Below, piece after piece: positions 58,625 through 64,000 of a DNA stretch of 64,000 nucleotides. The first letter of the stretch is position 1. Each line of letters starts with the position of its first letter. The stretch is from an uncultured Actinomycetes bacterium. Lineage in GTDB: Bacteria; Actinomycetota; UBA4738; HRBIN12. Position numbers and translations under genes: made by a program. Location: NCBI GenBank assembly GCA_963775735.1, contig CAVZKD010000007.1, positions 1,799,088-1,863,087 of the forward strand, given 5' to 3'. Below the pieces are notes generated by a model, which did not search any database, had not been told where the DNA came from, and saw only the letters and a list, made by a program, of their open reading frames with translations.

Positions 58625-59214
58625 TGCAGCCCTTCACGACGCACACGGGCCGAGCGCTCCCGCTCGATCGAGCCGACGTCGACACCGACCAGATCGTCGC
58701 CGGCGAGCGCCCTCAGGCGGATCGAGCGCACCGGGTTCGGACCCTTCCTGTTCGCCGACTGGCGGAAGGATCCCTCGTTCGTCATGAACGACCCCAGGTT
58801 CGAGGGGGCGACGATCCTGCTCGCGGGCCCCAACTTCGGGTGCGGCTCGAGCCGCGAACACGCCGTCTGGGCGCTCGAGGAGGCGGGATTCGCAACCGTG
58901 ATCGCCCCATCGCTTCGCCGATATCTTCCGGAACAACTGCACCAAGGTCGGGCTGCTGGCGGTGGAACTGCCCGCGGAGTCCGTTCGAGCGTTGATGGAC
59001 GCGGTCCTCGACGATCCGGTCACCGAGATCGTCGTGGACCTCGACTTCGCTGCGGGTGAGCGCCCCCGCCGTGGACGAGCGGTTCGAGATGGACCCGTAC
59101 ACGCGGTGGCGGCTCCTGGAGGGACTGGACGACATCGCCCTGACGCTCGCCCACGAAGCCGCGATCGATGCGTTCGAGGGCTCGCGCCCGGCCCGGCTCC
59201 CCTCGCTCTCGTAG
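58624..59214 (+). pseudogene. leuD: 3-isopropylmalate dehydratase small subunit; three +1 frame breaks (about 58711, 58913, 59067)
   Basis: [25 protein letters not shown] / [43 protein letters not shown] / [19 protein letters not shown].. / [26 protein letters not shown]. The start overlaps the leuC stop (TGATG). The breaks sit in C runs. Confidence 0.85.
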
Positions 59215-59300
59215 CCCGGAACGGAAGGAAGCCGTTCCCGCAGGTCAGAGGCCGTGCCATTCAAGCTCCCCTCGGGTCGCACCCGATACCAGGAGCAGAC

Positions 59301-62300
59301 ATGAAACGCCGGGTATGGCTCCTCTACCTCTGCGTCGGCGTGGCCGCGCTGGTCGCGTTCCTGTTCACGCAGCGGACGCGGCAGGAGTGGATCTTCATCC
59401 TCATCTCGCTGTCGTCGCCGGTCGCGATCGTCGTCGCGATCCGCATGTGGAAGCCCGTGGTGCCGGCACCGTGGATCCTGTTCGCCGTCGCGCAGTCGCT
59501 GTTCCTCGTCGGCGACCTCATCACGTACAACTACAGCTTCATCTTCGGGTCCGAGCTCCCCTATCCCTCGATCGGCGACGTCGCGAACCTGCTCGTCTAC
59601 CCGTGCCTGATCGGCGGCCTGCTCATGCTGTACCGCCGGCGCAACCCCGGTGGCCGGGACCGCGACAGCGTGATCGACTCGATGATCGTCGCGATCGGTG
59701 TCGGGACGATGCAGTGGGTGTTCCTGATGTCGCCGGTGGCACACGACTCCGTCTCCACCCTGCTGCAGAAGCTCGTCGGCATGGCCTACCCGTTCATGGA
59801 CCTGGTCCTGTTCATGATCGTGCTCCGCCTCGCGATGGGGGGCGGTCGCAAGGCACCGGCGTTGCACCTGATGTTGTCGGCGGCGGGAGCGCTGTTCCTC
59901 GCCGACACGCTGTACACGTACATCTCCGTCCAGGGTCTCGTGTACAACCAGACCGGCTACCTCGAGGCCGGATGGGGCCTGTTCTACCTCCTGTGGGGTG
60001 CGGCGGCCCTGCACCCATCGATGCGCATGCTCTCGGACAAGGCGCCCGAAGGGGAGCGCCGCCTGTCACGGGTGCGCCTGTTGCTGCTGGCCAGCGCGAC
60101 GCTCATGGCGCCGGCGGTGATGTTCATCCAGTACCAACGGAACTTCACGGTCGACATGCCGATCCTGATCAGCGCGTCGGTCGCGCTGTTCATCCTCGTC
60201 GTGATCCGGATGGCGGACCTCGTGACGCGGGAGGAGCTCTCGGCCGTCCGCGAGAAGGCACTGCGCACCGTCGGTGCCACGCTCGTCACGGCGACGAGCC
60301 GCGAGAGCATCTACAGCGCGACCCTGGAGGCGGCGCGCGCGCTCCTGGGCGACGAGGCCGGGATCCGGCTGCTCGTCGCGACCGAGGATCGCAACCCGAA
60401 CCGGTTCCTGGTCGTCGCGTCGGCGGGCGGGATCCGCAACGTGGAGGGCAGCACGATCTCGCTGTCGGTGCTCCCGCAGTGGAAGCGCGACCGGCTCCAG
60501 TCGCACCACTCGTACGAGGTGCCGATCGCCGAGTCCGAGCTCGCCGCGCTGCTCGGGATGCCGCAGACCGCGGCCTTCGTGCTCACCTCTCCCTTGTTCA
60601 TGAAGGAGGAGCTCGAGGGGCTGCTCATGGTCGCCGGGCCGGCCGGCGTCCCGCGGGAGATCCGCGACTCACTCGAGTCGCTGACGTCGCAGGTCGCACT
60701 CGCGCTCGACAGCGCGCTGACGACCGAGGTCCTCCTGCGACGTCAGAGCGAGGCCCGGTTCTCCTCGCTCGTGCAGAACTCCTCCGACGTGGTCATGGTC
60801 GTCGACGCGGACTCGACGATCCGGTACATGAGCCCGTCCGTGGACCGGGTCCTCGGCCACGAGTCGTTCGAGCTGGAGGGCACGAAGCTCACCGTGCTGA
60901 TCCACCCCGAGGACCGGGCCAGCGTGCTCCAGTTCCTCGCCACCGGGGCGCGCGACGGCGACCCCCACCCGGGGCTCACCGAGTTCCGCATGCGCCACCG
61001 GGACGAGTTCTGGCTCCACGTCGAGTCCGTGCGCACGAACCTGCTCCACGACGAGAACGTGAAGGGCATCGTCCTGAACACCCGCGACGTCTCCGAGCGC
61101 AAGGCGTTCGAGGAGCAGCTCGCGCACCAGGCCTTCCACGACGCCGTCACCGGCCTGGCGAACCGGGCGCTGTTCAAGGACCGCGTGGAGCACGCGGTCG
61201 CCCGCCAGGCGCGGGAGGGGCGTCCCGTGTCGGTCATGTTCATGGACCTGGACGACTTCAAGACGATCAACGACTCGCTCGGCCACGCGGCCGGCGATCA
61301 CCTCCTCGCCGAGGTCGGCGACCGGCTCCGGGGCTCGCTGCGCGCGGCGGACACGGCCGCGCGGCTCGGCGGTGACGAGTTCGCGATCCTGCTCGAGGAG
61401 GGAGCGGGTGCGCTCGGGGCGGCCGAGGTGGCCACGCGGATCCTCGCGTCCCTCGAGGGCCCGTTCCACCTCGAGGGCAAGGAGGTGTTCGTGCGCGCCT
61501 CGATCGGGATCGCCAGCGCCGACTCCGCGACGAGCGCGATCGGCCCGGACGAGGCCGAGGAGCTCCTGCGCAACGCGGACGTCGCGATGTACATGGCGAA
61601 GGAGGCCGGCAAGGGCCGGTACCAGCTGTTCGAGCCGGCGATGCACGACACGGCGCTGCGGCGGCTGGAGCTGAAGGCGGACCTCCAGCGCGCCGTCGAC
61701 AGCCACGAGTTCGTCCTGCACTACCAGCCCGTGATCGAGCTGGAGACCGGTCGCATCGAGGGGTTCGAGGCCCTCGTCCGCTGGATGCACCCCTCCCGGG
61801 GGGTCGTCCCGCCCCTGGACTTCATCCCGCTCGCCGAGGAGACGGGCCTCATCGTCCCGATCGGCCACGCGGTCCTCGCGGAGGCGTGCACGCAGGCACG
61901 CCGGCTGCAGGAGCGGTACCCCTCGATCCCGCCGCTGCACATGTCGGTGAACCTGTCGGCTCGACAGCTGCAGCGCCACGAGCTCGTCGGCGAGATCGCG
62001 GACGTCCTGACGGACACGGGCCTCGACCCGGGGAGCCTGGTCCTCGAGATCACCGAGTCGGTGATGATGCAGGACATGGACCTGTCGATCCAGCGGCTCT
62101 CGAAGCTGAAGGGGCTCGGCGTGAAGCTCGCGGTCGACGACTTCGGGACCGGCTACTCGAGCCTGAACTACCTCCGCCGGTTCCCCGTCGACATCCTCAA
62201 GGTGGACAAGTCCTTCGTCGACAGCGTGAACGAGGGTGGCGAGGTCTCGGCGCTCACCGCCGCCATCATCGAGCTCGCCGGGATCCTGCGGCTCCGGCCC

Positions 62301-62480
62301 GTCGCGGAGGGCATCGAGCGGGCGGACCAGCTCGAGAAGCTGCGCGCGCTGAAGTGCGACCTCGGCCAGGGGTACTACTTCGCCCGGCCGCTGCCGCTCG
62401 AGGGGATCGACGACCTGCTGTCGGTCCGCCAGACGCTCGCCCATCGCGAGCGCCAGCTCTCGGTCGGACCGCCGGCCTAG
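59301..62480 (+). CDS. Membrane sensor PAS-GGDEF-EAL protein (c-di-GMP turnover)
   Basis: 1059 aa from ATG 59301 (AGGAG upstream). About 10 TM helices are followed by a GAF-like region, PAS, RLGGDEF and EAL (EALVRW..DDFGTGYSS). Confidence 0.9.
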   Translation: MKRRVWLLYLCVGVAALVAFLFTQRTRQEWIFILISLSSPVAIVVAIRMWKPVVPAPWILFAVAQSLFLVGDLITYNYSFIFGSELPYPSIGDVANLLVYPCLIGGLLMLYRRRNPGGRDRDSVIDSMIVAIGVGTMQWVFLMSPVAHDSVSTLLQKLVGMAYPFMDLVLFMIVLRLAMGGGRKAPALHLMLSAAGALFLADTLYTYISVQGLVYNQTGYLEAGWGLFYLLWGAAALHPSMRMLSDKAPEGERRLSRVRLLLLASATLMAPAVMFIQYQRNFTVDMPILISASVALFILVVIRMADLVTREELSAVREKALRTVGATLVTATSRESIYSATLEAARALLGDEAGIRLLVATEDRNPNRFLVVASAGGIRNVEGSTISLSVLPQWKRDRLQSHHSYEVPIAESELAALLGMPQTAAFVLTSPLFMKEELEGLLMVAGPAGVPREIRDSLESLTSQVALALDSALTTEVLLRRQSEARFSSLVQNSSDVVMVVDADSTIRYMSPSVDRVLGHESFELEGTKLTVLIHPEDRASVLQFLATGARDGDPHPGLTEFRMRHRDEFWLHVESVRTNLLHDENVKGIVLNTRDVSERKAFEEQLAHQAFHDAVTGLANRALFKDRVEHAVARQAREGRPVSVMFMDLDDFKTINDSLGHAAGDHLLAEVGDRLRGSLRAADTAARLGGDEFAILLEEGAGALGAAEVATRILASLEGPFHLEGKEVFVRASIGIASADSATSAIGPDEAEELLRNADVAMYMAKEAGKGRYQLFEPAMHDTALRRLELKADLQRAVDSHEFVLHYQPVIELETGRIEGFEALVRWMHPSRGVVPPLDFIPLAEETGLIVPIGHAVLAEACTQARRLQERYPSIPPLHMSVNLSARQLQRHELVGEIADVLTDTGLDPGSLVLEITESVMMQDMDLSIQRLSKLKGLGVKLAVDDFGTGYSSLNYLRRFPVDILKVDKSFVDSVNEGGEVSALTAAIIELAGILRLRPVAEGIERADQLEKLRALKCDLGQGYYFARPLPLEGIDDLLSVRQTLAHRERQLSVGPPA

Positions 62481-62995
62481 CCGGCCGACAGGTCGGCGCG
62501 GTACCGGACGGTCGGGCGCATCTCGCAGTCGACGCGTTCGCTGGTGACCGTCCCGTCGAGCGACCAGCCCGCGGCCTCGTAGAAGCGCCGGGCCAGGTCG
62601 TTGGTCTCGAGCACCCAGAGCGTCGCGGCCTGGAACCCGCGATCGCGCAGGTCGGCGAACGCGTGCTCGAACAGCCGTCGCCCCACACCGGTCCCCACGC
62701 GGTCGGGGTCGAGGTAGATCGCGTACACCTCGGCGGTCGTGGGCTCGGCGTCGGCATCCTCGCTCGGGCCGGTCACGGCGAAGCCGGCCAGGACGCCGGT
62801 GTCGTCGACCACCCAGGTCCGCCACTCGGCGCGAGGCTCCTCGAGGCTGCGCCGATGCTGCTCCAGCCGGTCGTCGACGGTGAGGCCGTCGAGGAAGTCA
62901 TCCGTGAGCTGCCCTCGGTACGTGTGCTGCCAGGACGCGACGTGCACCTCGGCGATCGCTCGGGCGTCCTTCGGCACGGCCTCGCGGATCCGCAC
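62477..62995 (-). CDS. GNAT family N-acetyltransferase
   Basis: 172 aa from GTG 62995, with YLDPDRVGTGVGRRLFE and ARRFYEAAGW. Confidence 0.8.
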   Translation of the reverse strand: MRIREAVPKDARAIAEVHVASWQHTYRGQLTDDFLDGLTVDDRLEQHRRSLEEPRAEWRTWVVDDTGVLAGFAVTGPSEDADAEPTTAEVYAIYLDPDRVGTGVGRRLFEHAFADLRDRGFQAATLWVLETNDLARRFYEAAGWSLDGTVTSERVDCEMRPTVRYRADLSAG

Positions 62996-63032
62996 CGCGA
63001 CAGCCTCCCACACGGGGTGGCAGAGTGGGACC

Positions 63033-63687
63033 GTGGTCGCGACCGAACGCCAGAAGATGCTGAGCGGCGAGCTGTACCGCGCGGACGACCCGGAGCTCGT
63101 CGCGGCTCGGCAGCGATGCCGGGGCCTCCTGCGCCACATCGATGCCGAGGTCGACGACGAGAACCGGGCCGCGATGTTCCGAGAGCTCCTCGGGTCCATC
63201 GGGCCGTCGAGCTTCATCCAGCCGCCGTTCCGATGCGACTACGGCTCCTACATCCGGATCGGTGAAGCGGGTCTTCGTGAACTTCGACTGCACGATCCTG
63301 GACTGCGGATACGTCACGATCGGCGACGGCGTCCAGATCGCGACGGGCGTGCAGCTCCTGGCCGCCGATCATCCGCGCGAGCCCGAACTTCGGGCCGCGG
63401 GGATGGAGCTCGGGCGCCCCGTGGCGATCGAGGAGAACGCCTGGCTCGGCGCCGGCGTCATCGTCTGTCCCGGCGTGACGATCGGGCGCGACTCGATCGT
63501 GGGAGCCGGAAGCGTCGTCATCCGGGACGTCCCGGCCGGCGTCGTGGCGGCCGGCAACCCGTGCCGCATCGTCCGAAGCTCGCCTGAGGCCGGGACGTCG
63601 GCCCGGTCTACGTCTCGTCGGCCTCGCGCGGGTGGAGCAGACCGAACAGGTAGCCGTCGACGAGCGCCTCCCACGAGGCCTCGATGA
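63033..63687 (+). pseudogene. Maltose/galactoside O-acetyltransferase (left-handed beta-helix); frame break near 63268, 3' end ambiguous (63587 or 63687)
   Basis: VVATERQKMLSGELYRADDPEL...FRCDYGSYIRIGE, then VFVNFDCTILDCGYVTIGDGVQIATGVQLLAADHP..AWLGAGVIVCPGVTIG..AAGNPCRIV in ORF 63142..63687. Confidence 0.7.
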
Positions 63688-64000
63688 TGTTCTCGGAGAC
63701 GCCGACGGTGGTCCACTCCCGCTGGCCGTTCGACGTGTCGATCAGGACGCGGACGACGGCGCCGGTCCCGGTGGTCTCGTCGAGCACCCGCACCCGGAAG
63801 TCCTCGAGCGCGATGTGTTCGAGCTCGGGGTAGTCGTTCACGAGCGCCTTGCGCAGGGCGTTGTCCAGCGCCCCGACGGGGCCCTGCCCCTCGGCGCTCT
63901 CGATGTGGCGTGTCCCCTTCGTCACGACCTTCACCGTCGCCTCCGCGAGCGGTGGCTCGTCGTCGCCCACGCGCTCCTCGACGTGCACGCGGTAGCTGTC
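63608..64000 (-). CDS. Citramalate / 2-isopropylmalate synthase family protein, C-terminal regulatory (LeuA-dimer) domain; gene continues past window end
   Basis: ..GPVGALDNALRKALVNDYPELEHIALEDFRVRVLD..VRVLIDTSNG..WTTVGVSENIIEASWEALVDGY. The ORF is open to the window edge. Confidence 0.7.
   Translation of the reverse strand, partial: DSYRVHVEERVGDDEPPLAEATVKVVTKGTRHIESAEGQGPVGALDNALRKALVNDYPELEHIALEDFRVRVLDETTGTGAVVRVLIDTSNGQREWTTVGVSENIIEASWEALVDGYLFGLLHPREADET

Noticed and set aside
57770-59080. Frame breaks in leuC and leuD as programmed ribosomal frameshifts or true pseudogenes.
   Set aside because: There are no slippery heptamers or downstream pseudoknots. The breaks sit in C runs, there are three in one 0.6-kb gene, and the same type of defect is scattered over unrelated genes. 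Technical indels are far more likely.
1-64000. Search for tRNA/rRNA genes, IS elements, integrases, terminal inverted repeats and CRISPR arrays.
   Set aside because: I found no T-loop/acceptor-like structures in intergenic regions, no transposase or recombinase motifs in any frame I read, and no spaced repeats. Absence is judged by eye only, so tRNAscan-SE, ISEScan and minced should confirm it.

Overview
Very GC-rich (about 70% G+C by eye, strong GC3 bias) actinobacterial-type chromosomal segment. I can support about 60 tightly packed protein-coding genes. Many are translationally coupled (GTGA, TGATG or TAGTG overlaps), and several divergent pairs have fewer than 40 bp between their start codons.

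Content:
- Redox and housekeeping genes: SDR, two Zn-ADHs, two aldo-keto reductases, LLM oxidoreductase, Bcp, dinB, a 5'-3' exonuclease, a stand-alone LigD polymerase domain, leuCD with a divergent IclR regulator, and a cimA/leuA-type fragment at the right edge.
- Envelope and secreted proteins: tadE-tadG-flp-flp mini-operon, LCP protein, GH25 muramidase, M14, M15, M28 and M4 peptidases, PBP4-type DacB, EEP lipoprotein, and a repeat adhesin of about 1100 aa.
- Signalling and transport: Zn-ribbon/class III cyclase/STAND/TPR giant, membrane PAS-GGDEF-EAL protein, PAS plus MBL pair, and a CopB-type ATPase.

I saw no rRNA, tRNA, CRISPR array, transposase or integrase.

Major caveat: about 25 single-base frame breaks interrupt about 15 otherwise well-conserved genes, including leuC and leuD. 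They are often in homopolymer runs, and one is directly visible as an extra base relative to a sister tandem repeat. I read these as assembly indels rather than real pseudogenes. Features typed pseudogene mean only that the frame is broken as written.

Most interesting candidates:
1. A sensor-less envelope-attacking cassette at 24.6-28.6 kb: papain-fold peptidase, SLATT-like 2TM protein, patatin phospholipase (possibly fused to the SLATT protein), M15 peptidase with a PG-binding domain, and a DinB-fold protein.
2. A small acidic DxDGTD-repeat protein translationally coupled to a JmjC/cupin-4 oxygenase and a sucrase/ferredoxin-like protein at 10.4-12.7 kb.
3. A 141-nt structured leader resembling a c-di-AMP (ydaO-type) riboswitch in front of an M14 peptidase operon.
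4. A tandem USP-Rieske fusion.
5. A compositionally chimeric adhesin behind a 650-bp AT-richer gap.
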